From positions 13,441 to 77,440 of IMG/VR virus record IMGVR_UViG_3300028920_000064: a stretch of DNA of 64,000 nt. The stretch is one strand, 5' to 3'. Each line of letters opens with the position of its first letter. Position 1 is the first letter of the stretch. Under the pieces are notes generated by a model. It worked only from the letters and a program-made list of their open reading frames with translations, made no database searches and had not been told where the DNA came from. The translations under genes and the position numbers were made by a program. The DNA comes from a virus. Shown here piece by piece: positions 49,740-60,200 of the stretch.

Positions 49740-51989
49740 TTACCTACGGTAAACCCTCTTCCTGTGGAATTTGGTGATATCCACCTCTTCATTTTCTAAT
49801 TCTTCCAGTTCATCATATATCCCGGCAGTACCCAAAAGGGCATATCCACCCGCTGAAAACAAGTCGTAGTCGGTCATCTCTTCGGGTCCGGCAATGTCCC
49901 TGCATTCCTCCAAAAGTTCAATATGGTTCTCTTCATCAGCCTCGTACTCTATGAAGTTCATGTACTCTCCAAAAATGTCCTGCTTGATCTTGTCATTCGT
50001 GTTTGCACCAGGCGTTTTACCCTGTTGAAAAGTTTTTGGATCTACTCTATAAAGCAGGAATGCTGAATAACCCCTTTGCTCAAAGTAATCCCATAGGAGA
50101 TCTACGTTGATTTCTGGAAACATTTGAACACCATAGTAGACGCACATCATCAGCATGTCCTCTGCATATTCGTACTTATCATAGGTGCGATTTGAGTATG
50201 TGCAGACAAATTTCCGCTTCATGGAAAAGTCCCCGTCCTTCACCTTCCCTTTCCGGACCACTGCTCCACCTCCTTTGGATTTGCGGTTCCCCTCTGTCTT
50301 GTTGAATTTGAAAGGGTCACCCCCGGCCACTCCCCAGGATGTGTTGCCTGCTTTCCATGATTCAAACTCGTCTGACCAGAATTTTCTGTTGGCCTCATTA
50401 TCATTCAGCTGATGTGATACCCTGAACTTGCCTCCTTTGCGGGCAATAAACTCTACCCTGGTGTCCCGGTCATTGTTCACCCACCTGAAATCACCAGCAA
50501 CAGGCATGGCTGATCCTTCCTTGAAGCGAAGCTCATCGATGTATGTCTCAAGTTTTTGCATATTGAACCCGGAGGACTTGGCGGCTGTCCGGAAACATTC
50601 GGTAAATGTCATGGGGTACAGCCTGATCTCCTCGGATAATCCTTCGTAGTCTCCTGCATCGATGTACCCTTTGCGCCTGTTCAGCAGGTATTCTTTGGCC
50701 CCTATCTTTCGTCCTATATACGATGCCTGCTCTTTCGTGGGGGTGTCGATCACTGAATTGCCATATTGATCAATGAATCCCTGCAGGCCCTCGTATGCGG
50801 GTATGAATAGTGTGGCAAGTCCGGATCTGGTCTGTCCGTTGGGTGTCCGGGTAAAGTAATCGCTCATCATGCACTGGTGCTTGAACATCTTACCTCCCCC
50901 TCTCTCCATCTCACCCACGGTTGAGGTTTTGATGGTGAACCCGATGATATCAGATCCCATTACCAAACATTCTTTCACAACCAGGTGGCGATCCCAGCAG
51001 GACAACCCCTTCTTCAGCTTACCCACCTCATCGTCATGGTGGAAATACAGCTTGTCACCGTCATAGGCTCCTGGGTCAGCATTATCGAAATTGATCATTG
51101 ACTCAAGCCCTATCTCTGATGTGGCCAGGGATCCTTTGCTGCTCAACCTTCGTGCCGGCGGAGAAAAACTGAGTTCGGTTTTTGGTGAGGTGGATCCCTC
51201 GTAATTGGGTTTGAAGAAAAAAGGCAGCTTCTTCCATGGGCCAACCAGGTGTTTGATAAAACACTTTCGGCCCTGGACCTCGTTCATCGACTGAATTCCT
51301 CCCCAGGCTCCTATCGTGCTTGATATGATCTCGTAGTTTATACACTCGGCCTTATAGGTCGCTCCCTCCCTCCTGTGCTTGGGATAGTTAAAGCCGTAGA
51401 ACACTCGGCCACCGGTTTCTATGAAATCGAAATATCCTGTTTTCTCATCCCTGATAGCATTTCCTTTGTCATCGATGTACTTAAAGGTTCGGGTTTCATT
51501 GTAGATGTGTCGGGCAAAAAGGAAGAACTTGCGGTCACGATCCCTGTATTTCGGTAGGCCCACATCGATTTTCCACCAGGCTATGTAAAAATAGTTCCAC
51601 CCATCGATGTATGTGGGTTTGCCGTTATTAAAGAACCAGTAACCGTTGAGGCGATAATACCATGCTTTTCGCATGAACTTGATCTCCTGCTCATAAATGT
51701 CCTGATGCTTGGACAGCTCATCCCATATCTCATCAATGGTTTCATATTTTCTCTGAAGCTCTTTTAAACGCCTGGGCATCTTTGGGGGCTTCCACATCTG
51801 ATCCTTGGCCGGGAGGCCAAATCCGTCTATCAGGTGGTATTCTGGTGGGTCTGGAAGATCGATCCGTAGCGGTGTCAGGTCCCGGTCATCGTTGTTTACC
51901 CAAAGATACTTGTCCGGTTTCTTATACTGAGTCAGGATCTGAGTGTCAACCTCGTCACCGTATCTCTTTATCAGTGACAGGCTGTTCAT
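49740..51989 (-). CDS. terL: Terminase large subunit
   Basis: KHRREGAT (Walker A-like), HHDDEVGK (Walker B), KTSTVGE coupling motif, and nuclease motifs GGDPF, EIN and YDL. Confidence 0.92.
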   Translation of the reverse strand: MNSLSLIKRYGDEVDTQILTQYKKPDKYLWVNNDDRDLTPLRIDLPDPPEYHLIDGFGLPAKDQMWKPPKMPRRLKELQRKYETIDEIWDELSKHQDIYEQEIKFMRKAWYYRLNGYWFFNNGKPTYIDGWNYFYIAWWKIDVGLPKYRDRDRKFFLFARHIYNETRTFKYIDDKGNAIRDEKTGYFDFIETGGRVFYGFNYPKHRREGATYKAECINYEIISSTIGAWGGIQSMNEVQGRKCFIKHLVGPWKKLPFFFKPNYEGSTSPKTELSFSPPARRLSSKGSLATSEIGLESMINFDNADPGAYDGDKLYFHHDDEVGKLKKGLSCWDRHLVVKECLVMGSDIIGFTIKTSTVGEMERGGGKMFKHQCMMSDYFTRTPNGQTRSGLATLFIPAYEGLQGFIDQYGNSVIDTPTKEQASYIGRKIGAKEYLLNRRKGYIDAGDYEGLSEEIRLYPMTFTECFRTAAKSSGFNMQKLETYIDELRFKEGSAMPVAGDFRWVNNDRDTRVEFIARKGGKFRVSHQLNDNEANRKFWSDEFESWKAGNTSWGVAGGDPFKFNKTEGNRKSKGGGAVVRKGKVKDGDFSMKRKFVCTYSNRTYDKYEYAEDMLMMCVYYGVQMFPEINVDLLWDYFEQRGYSAFLLYRVDPKTFQQGKTPGANTNDKIKQDIFGEYMNFIEYEADEENHIELLEECRDIAGPEEMTDYDLFSAGGYALLGTAGIYDELEELENEEVDITKFHRKRVYRR

Positions 51990-52596
51990 TGTTTGATTTC
52001 TTTAATGCTATATCCTCGGGCCTCAGCTGAAGCCTCTCCTCTTCCATATACCTCAATACAGCATCTCGGATATAAGGGTTATCATCTTCAGTCAACAACT
52101 CGGCCATAGTGTTTTCCAACTCTTCCTGGATAGATCTTAGGTCAGGGATCCGCTTGGTGGCCCCTCCCATAACATCTAGCATGATGTTGTAATAACTGGC
52201 TTCAATGGTTACCAGGTAAGAATATTTGAAGGATCGGTGTAGTCTCACAAACTCAACAACCTTCCTGTTCACCTTCTCATTCTTCCCTTTTAAGAAATCC
52301 TCAACAGGATCCTCAAAGTTCCCCTTGTCATCCAAAGCAAACCCAACATCGTGAGCAATCTCAATCTTTCTTTTTAAAACATCCGGATATTTGCTGCGGT
52401 ATGGTGTGCTTTTGTCGTACATGCAGAAAATGAAAAGCATCACCAGGTTGTTATCAAGTTTCTCCCCGGGAGGTGTTTTGAATGGCTGGTGCTTTTTCAG
52501 CTCCGGGAAGATTTTTAAAACAGATTCACCTTCCGGAACCTTGGAGGGGTTGAACTGCATCCCCCTAAACTCTATGTTGGTAAATTGCCAGTTCAT
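51955..52596 (-). CDS. Hypothetical protein, candidate terminase small subunit
   Basis: Helical 213-aa ORF overlapping the terL start. Position only. Confidence 0.45.
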   Translation of the reverse strand: MNWQFTNIEFRGMQFNPSKVPEGESVLKIFPELKKHQPFKTPPGEKLDNNLVMLFIFCMYDKSTPYRSKYPDVLKRKIEIAHDVGFALDDKGNFEDPVEDFLKGKNEKVNRKVVEFVRLHRSFKYSYLVTIEASYYNIMLDVMGGATKRIPDLRSIQEELENTMAELLTEDDNPYIRDAVLRYMEEERLQLRPEDIALKKSNNEQPVTDKEIR

Positions 52597-53291
52597 ACTA
52601 CTGCGAGTATATCGTGACGGTGTACCCTGTAGAGCTTCCTGCCATTATCTATCTTCGCGTGGTACTCATACTCCACCGGGATATCACGGATCCTTTTTAG
52701 GATAACGGTATCGCCCACCTTCTCGTCATGGAACCTGTCAGACTTGTAATCGTCAGCATATTCCTCATTGGGTGTTCCCATGTAAGCGATCTTCCCATAA
52801 GTCACATTCACGTTCGATGGCTTGCGAAGATCCACAAGCTGTATATTATTCTTTTTGGCATCTTCCACCATCCTGGTCCACTCAGGATCCTCCACCGGTT
52901 CGATCAATACATATCCATTGATGGGCCTTACATTTCCTTCCTCAATGGCTGCATAGATGTTGTGGTACTTGATAAATATGTAAATATCGTTCCCCTGCTT
53001 GGTGTATAGCTTTCTTTCGGGGGAAAGGCAGTTTTGAATGGCCAGGAAATACATTACAACCCGATCCCCAGCTTTCAACTCAGGTTTCGTTTTCCATGGA
53101 TATCCTGGCCTGTTGTGGTGGTAGATCAGCCTTGTGGGTGCTTCAATTACTGTCCCAACACGAACAATGTGTTTTTCAGGCTCATAGGTGGTGTCTATCC
53201 TCAACTCAAACCCCGATGCTGTTTTGATGATATCATTGGCTGGATCCAGTTTGACAACCACATTATTGCCGAGCGTCTGCTTTACGTTCAT
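52593..53291 (-). CDS. groES: Co-chaperonin with two tandem GroES-like domains
   Basis: Domain 1: LGNNVVVK...TASG...GTVIEAP...LKAGDRVV. Domain 2: RPINGYVLIEP...GKIAYMG...KVGDTVI...HDILAVV. Confidence 0.8.
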   Translation of the reverse strand: MNVKQTLGNNVVVKLDPANDIIKTASGFELRIDTTYEPEKHIVRVGTVIEAPTRLIYHHNRPGYPWKTKPELKAGDRVVMYFLAIQNCLSPERKLYTKQGNDIYIFIKYHNIYAAIEEGNVRPINGYVLIEPVEDPEWTRMVEDAKKNNIQLVDLRKPSNVNVTYGKIAYMGTPNEEYADDYKSDRFHDEKVGDTVILKRIRDIPVEYEYHAKIDNGRKLYRVHRHDILAVV

Positions 53292-53571
53292 AGTCTTTGT
53301 TTTTTACACAGGTCATCACCCCATTGATCTCTACAAATTTCAGCTTCCCTTTCTTGACCAGGACTTCAAACCTTTTTGCCATGGCTCTTTTGTCATATCT
53401 TGACAAGGCGTTGAAAGCGGCCACTTGATTTTTGTGAAGGTTTACCCACTGGCCTTTGTAGTTGATACAGGTATAGTTTTGGATTACATCAGTGGCCTTG
53501 TCCCTGTCGGTGGGTGTAGACCACAATACCTTTTTCAGGTATGCGAGAATCTGCCGGATTATCTTCTTCAT
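53263..53571 (-). CDS. Hypothetical protein
   Basis: 102-aa basic ORF overlapping the groES start. Confidence 0.6.
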   Translation of the reverse strand: MKKIIRQILAYLKKVLWSTPTDRDKATDVIQNYTCINYKGQWVNLHKNQVAAFNALSRYDKRAMAKRFEVLVKKGKLKFVEINGVMTCVKNKDYERKADARQ

Positions 53572-53583
53572 AGCTTCTTGATT

Positions 53584-53629
53584 AAAGAGGGGGAGCAGCT
53601 TCGGCCCCAGGGTCCTGCTTACTCCCCCT
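53584..53629 (-). terminator. Stem-loop after the 171-aa FN3 gene
   Basis: AGGGGGAG...CTCCCCCT followed by CTTT. Large loop and short U-tract. Confidence 0.5.
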
Positions 53630-53643
53630 GCACCCCAACAATA

Positions 53644-54159
53644 TTATGTTGCGTCAGTTGTGAATGCTCTCAGCTCGCTGTACACGGTTGCACCAGCACT
53701 TACAGCTTTGATCCTGTAATAATACTTGGTGCCGGCTGTCAGTCCGGTCAGCAGGCAGGTGACAGGCGTTGCTGCATCTCCGGAAAGGGGAGACTGTGTT
53801 GCTGCCTGTGAGGATCCCAGTGCCTTTGTAACGCCATACTCGGCAGTCACCACCGTGGATACTCCATGGTCGTGAACAATGCCAGGCACGGTGGCGGTAG
53901 TGGTCGCTTTGGTGGCCACGGCTTGTGATGTCACCTCTGGCGGCTCGTCATCTCCTAACGCCCACAGCCTTGAGATGACCGGCACTGCATCTGCTACAAG
54001 TGATGCAATGTCGGCTTTGTCACCAACATAGTGTGCGTCTTGTGATTCTCTCACAACAAAAAGGTTCCTTTCATAGGGTCCTCTCTGTGTGTCCCCGGTC
54101 TTGGGGTTTACAGGTTTTACGGTAACCTTGACCTCGATGTTTAATTTGAAATCATCCAT
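53644..54159 (-). CDS. Unknown N-terminal domain + fibronectin type III domain protein
   Basis: LTGLTAGTKYYYRIKAVS...SELRAFTT. Colinear paralogue of the N-terminus of 54273-60650. Confidence 0.8.
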   Translation of the reverse strand: MDDFKLNIEVKVTVKPVNPKTGDTQRGPYERNLFVVRESQDAHYVGDKADIASLVADAVPVISRLWALGDDEPPEVTSQAVATKATTTATVPGIVHDHGVSTVVTAEYGVTKALGSSQAATQSPLSGDAATPVTCLLTGLTAGTKYYYRIKAVSAGATVYSELRAFTTDAT

Positions 54160-54186
54160 TTTTATAATGTTTAGTTCAACATGGTG

Positions 54187-54194
54187 CTAAGTTA
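54187..54194 (-). promoter_or_regulatory. Candidate variant -7 box TAACTTAG
   Basis: Identical TAACTTAGCA to the copy at 3765-3774. Confidence 0.5.
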
Positions 54195-54198
54195 CAAA

Positions 54199-54273
54199 TT
54201 ATTGCTTTCTCTTCCTGACGATCCAGTGCAACCACCTGGGGAGGCATCCTGGTCTGTTTGATTTGTTTCTCAT
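54199..54273 (-). CDS. 24-aa cationic micro-ORF (not in ORF track)
   Basis: MRNKSNRPGCLPRWLHWIVRKRKQ. TAATG overlap with the stop of the 2125-aa gene. Confidence 0.45.
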   Translation of the reverse strand: MRNKSNRPGCLPRWLHWIVRKRKQ

Positions 54274-57200
54274 TATGGGAATGTTACTTCTTTGAATGAA
54301 ATATCATCAACAAATACACTTCCACTGTCCGTGATCCCGGCCTCTTTAATATCTATTCTGAACGCGGTATCCGGAGCTTTATAATAAACCTTGAATTTTC
54401 TCCACTTTTGATCATAACTATTATAAGCTCGCATATAAAAAGCAGTTCCATTCTCTACCGTACATTGCCAGGAATCACCTTCTCCGCTATGTCTGTTTGC
54501 TATGAGAAGTCTATATATATTCCCTGCGGTGACTGTGAACTCTTTATAAATCCCTGCGCCTGATGTGGGGTTGGGGTTGGCATCGATCTTGAAAGCATAA
54601 TCCCCATTATATGTTTCCACATCTTGTGATTCAAAGGAGTTAGGGGCACCAAGATTTACAGGTGTCCATCCTGTCGTTGCATTGGTTTCATTGCCGTTCG
54701 GATCACTGACAGCGTTTGCATCGGTGTGGAGCTCGCTGCCTAAGATGCCAATATCGATTTCATCATCGTCAATTGTTACCCTGTTGCCGTTCTGCAGAAT
54801 GGTCTGCATAGCACTGTTTGATGCTTCCGTTCTTTTTCCTGCTGCCCCCCAACAATAAATACGACTATCAACAGCAGTCCATGATTTGATATAGTTGTCT
54901 ATCATCTCAGAGGTCATAGCCGGGCAATTATAAAAGAATAATTGAGCTAAAGTAGATGGCAGTGAAACTACATTTTCAAATGTGCAATTAGTCTGCTGTA
55001 GGCTTAATGAGAACAATAGCGGTAAGCTGCTTAATTTTGAGATATCACCATAAACATTTGGGCCAGAAAAAGAAAGATATATTAGTGTGCTGGTTTTTGC
55101 AAATACCTCAATATTACCATAAGCATTTGAAAACTCATTTATTGTCGCTGCTGCAAAAAGCAGATACAAATTTTCTAAGTCTGCAAATGGTTCAATATTA
55201 AAAGAAACCGGCTGATTAATGACATTTATGTTTCTAAGCTCATTAACATGACCGTCCACGTAGAAATTGTAATACCCCGAAGCCGTGTACGCCGTGGTAT
55301 GGGTGATCAGCGTGTCATCCTGGCCCTGGATCAATGTTTCCGTGCCATCCCCGTCATGTATATTCAGATATTTGGTAGATGGGAGTTTGAATTTGAAGTC
55401 GAACTGCGTCACCCCATCGTAGAACACCTCAAACTTTACAGGGCTATCATAGTTCACCTCAACAGTGTTACCGGCCTGAAGCAGGCTGATCAGTGCATCA
55501 TCACTGGCTGGGGACCTGGAAGCATTCTTACCTCCGATGTTTATTGTCGCTCCACTGGTCCCTGCGTTGTCCAAACTGATCAGGCAGTTGTCTACCATGG
55601 TGGTGGTCCATCCACAATCACTCGCATCAATTTCGATTGCTACAGTGAGGTTGACAATGTTATCAAAGGTTACTTGTGATTTATGGACCCATAGATAATC
55701 CAATGCTGTACATACAGATAAATCACTAAGATCGCCCGACACTTGTGTTCCGTTTAGATTGACTCTCAGAATAGCTGTTCTTGCCGACAATACCCCAATG
55801 TCTCCATGGGTGTTGGTGTTAGAGAGGTCCAGGTATAATAAGCTGCTCAAATCTTCTAATTCTCTAATATTTCCCTCAACGGACGTTCCGCTTAAAGCTA
55901 CTTGTGCTAAATCAGTCTTATCTCTAAGAACCCTGATATCCCCCTCAAATAGTGAGCTGAAATTAGCGTTAAGGTCAAATAGAGATGTTGCGTTTCTCCA
56001 TCCCCTGATGTTGCCTGATACCCCGGTGGACCAAATGTGTAAATCTTCCAGATCTGTAAGCTCTCCAAGCCTTGTTGCGTCACCACTAACAAACGCCTGC
56101 CCGCCTATCCTAAGCTCAGTTAACGATCTCACTGCTCCATCCACATAAAACCTGTACTTACCCGGGCTTGTATATGTGGTATTGTGGGTGATTAGTGTTC
56201 CGTCCTGGCCCTGGATCACAGTTCGAGTCCCGTCACCATCGTGGATCTCCACGTACTTGGTGGCCGGCAGCTTGAATTTGAATTGGAATTGGGTGTCGGT
56301 GTATTCAACATCATACCACACCGGACTGTCGAAGTTTACATCAACCGTGTTTCCGTCCTCTAGCAGTGTACTCATGGCAGCATCGCTGGCCGTTGTCCTG
56401 GGGGCGTTGTTTCCGTTAATTAAAACCACTCCGCTTGTCATTCCTCCGTTGGCTATTGATATTAAGCAGTTATCCACCATCTCGCTGGTCCAGTTGCAGT
56501 CTATGGCAATAAATCCACCACCAGGATCAAACGATTGTACAGTGTCCCAGGTAACGCTTGATTTTCCCACAACAACGCCCCCTGGCGCAAGCCAGGGAAG
56601 CTCCCATAGTTGGGATACATCTCCTGTGATGGCGAGGGATTGGGCTGACATTGAATCTAGGCTTAAAGGTAGTAAGACCTCTATATTCCCTCTTATTAAT
56701 GTCTGTTCTTTGCTAATTTGGAAGGACTCAAGGTTTGAGAGTAACCCCAGCTTGTTAAAATCGCCAGATATGCCTGGGGATCTCATAACTCCTACATAGT
56801 CTACATCAACCAGCTCGTTCCATCTGGATATGCTACCAGTAACATTTTCTTGGTCGATAATGGAGATGTTGGTCAAATTGGCATAATCACCATCTACTAT
56901 GAATTGATATTCTCCTTCTTCAGTGTATGTTGTTTCGTGAATTATGTAAGTGTCATCTTGACCCACAATTGTTGTAAAGGTGCCATCCCCTTCATTAACT
57001 ATTATTCTTTTTGTGGAAGGAAGTTTGAATTTGAATTGAAACTGGGTGTCGGTGTAATTGACGGTGAACATAATGGGCGATTGGTCGTAGTTCACTATAA
57101 CCGTGTTCCCTGCGGCCAACAGTGTGCTAAGTGCTGCATCACTGGCGGATGTACGGGTATCGTTGTTTCCGTCTAGCTTTATATTTGCTCCGGAAGCTCC

Positions 57201-60200
57201 TCCGTTGGCCAGGCTGATCAGGCAGTTGTCAACATCTTCCGAACTCCAAGCATTATTATGAAACTGCATGGTTGCTAATGCGGAAAAATCCCAAGTCTCA
57301 ATATTTTCAAAGCTCGTTCCGGGCTGATCAAAAGAAAATATTTGATAAATAAGCGTTAATGGGTATAGCTTGCTAAAGTCTCCAAAGACCTCTGACTGAT
57401 ACACTACTAAACCATCTAGGCTAGTAAGAACGGCCAGTTCGGATACATCTCCCGTCACTTTCGTGCCCGCGACATAAAATGTTTCTAACGATGTCAGGTT
57501 TAGAATATTCTCTAAGTTGCCGTCAAATCCAGTGCCTGAAACATTTAAATCAATCAAAGATGATAGCTCCCCAAACCTGTTAATGCTTCCTGATACAAAA
57601 GATTGGTTGTTAATCTTGAGTTCTGTTATATCCGATAAATCGCCCTCCACATAAAATGTATAAACACCTGGCTCGGAATAATCGGTTGTGTGGGTAACTT
57701 CTGTTGCGTCGTTCCCGTCTACCTCGGTGATAGTACCATCTCCATCATAAAAAGTCAATGTGCTTGTCGATGGAGCTTTGAAATCAAACTCAAACTGGTT
57801 CGTCCCATCAAATTTTACTTCTAACGCAATAGGTGAGGTAATCACTTTCCGGACGCTTACATCGTCCAGATACATTCCTCCGTTATTGTCTGCACTGGCC
57901 TCAGCTAGCCTTATCTCGATTGGATCCGCAGTAAGAATGGGTTGATATGCCACACATTCTCTAAATGTTGTAAGATGTGAAAATATGAAGGCGTTGGTGT
58001 TATAGCCTGGATACGCAAGCCAGGCTTTCCCCTCTCCTATGTGCCTTATAGCCAACTTTACATAACCTACATCGCCTTGGGAAAAAGTAAACTCTTTGGT
58101 AATCTCAGCTCCTGATGTAGGTGTTGGTTGGCTGCTTGCTTTCAGTGCGTATTTCCCTTTATACTTGACCTCTTTTTGAGATGCAAAAACATTTCTACCC
58201 GTTCCATTTAAATTTTGCTCAGTCCATCCGGTGATGGCGTTTGCTTCATTCCCATTATTATCAGAAGCGGCATTTGCATCCGTATGTTTTTCGGGGCCTA
58301 GTGGAAATGGGCTTTTAGGTTCATGTAGGTAAATATAATTCCCATTATTTACCAAGGTAATTAAATCGTCATCTGATGCGGTGGTCCTGGGTTCATTAAA
58401 AATCAAGGTAATTTTAATTCCGGATGCGTTCTTAAATGCTGAAATAATGTTGTCAATATCGCTAGAGCTGAAATCTCCCATAACTGCAAATGAGGTTGAG
58501 GATGCCCATTCGTCAGGAGATGTGAAGCTAAAATTGCCCTGGCCGTACACAAAAGACAAGCTAGCGAGGTCCTTCAGGCTGCTTAGGTCTCCCGTTAGTC
58601 TTGATAAGGGAAAGTAAATGGCTTCCAAAACGGTGATATCAGCAAAAACAGATACATCTCCGATTATATTTGTTCCCCCTACATTAACGAATGTAAGATT
58701 TACAAGCTCATTAAACCTTGCTATGGATCCATAAACAAAATCTTGGGCTGAAACATTTAGGTATGTGATATCCGCCCAATCGCCATCTACAAAGAATGTG
58801 TATGTGCCTGGCTCTGAATAATCGGTTGTGTGTGTGACAAGGGTATCGTCTTGGCCTGCCACGTTTGTTGTAGTGCCATCCCCGTCGTAAATATCCAGGG
58901 TTGAGGTTGCTGGTGCTTTGAATTTGAAATTAAACTGATCGGTGCCGTTAAATTCTATTTGTAAGACAATGGGGCTTGTTATTACCTCCCTCAAAGAAAA
59001 ACTGTCGATATACACTCCGCCGGCGTTGGTGCTGCCATCTTCTTTGATAAATGTAACCAAAGAGGTGCTGCTTGCTTTTACATAAGCGGCCCATTTTTTC
59101 CAATCTCTTTGAACATAGCTATTCAATGATCTGCCATCAAAATTAAGCTCCCAATCTTTTCTATAATTATCAAAATCAAGTGCTTTCCAAAGGATCCCGG
59201 CCCTGAACAGTTTGCCTGCCTCAACTGTTTTGGTATATGTTATTTTCGCTCCTGATGTGGGGTTGGGGTTGGCATTCGTCTTAAAAGCATAAGACCCTGT
59301 TTTTTTCACACTGCTTTGTGACACAAACTCATTGGGCGCATCCAGCCCGGTGGCCACCCACCCTGTTGTGGCATTGGCCTCATTGCCGTTCGGATCACTG
59401 ACAGCATTGGCATCGGTGTGAAGCTCATCCCCAAGAGGCATGATCACATCATCTTCTCTGACAAAAACAGCGTTGTTATTCTCAACAGATTCCAATAAAT
59501 CCTGGTTGCTTGCCAAGGTCCTTTCTTCTGATAAAAATGCTGCTATCTGGCAGTTGACAGATCCTTTGGTGGAGGCAATAAGATTGTCCACTCCTTTTGA
59601 GGAAAGATAGTTGAAAGAAAGATAAGCACCATCCAACCCATCCCATGTTGCAACATTGGCAAACCTGACTTTTTTACTGTGAACACTTATGATGTACAGA
59701 TCGGTTGTGAACTGATCCAGCTGTGATAGATCGCCTGTGACACCATCACTCGTAATATAAAAATTTACCAGCTTGGTCCAGTTTCGTATTGAGGTTATAT
59801 CACCATATAATCCAGGGCAAGGATCCTGTGGAAATCCAAAATAAGCAGTATCTATATCAGACATCTCTCCCCATCTGCTCACATCACCACGAATAAATGG
59901 ATAACATGGAACTATTGATCTGAAAGAGGTGATGCTAACCACATCTCCTGTGACTTTAAAATTATACTTCTTTTTCTGAGTGTAGGATGATGTGCGGTCA
60001 ACGTATGTATCATCTGCGCCGGCAATAGTCTCGCTCGTTCCGTCTCCCCATTCAAGTGTTATTGATTTTGTGGCGGGAGCTTTGAATAAAAACCTGAATT
60101 GTTCCTCTCCGGTATAATCGAATTGAAAGATCAGGGGTGTTGTGAGAGTTGTAAACGAATGAAGATGAGTGTATACTGTTCCTGCGCTGCTGACTGCTTT

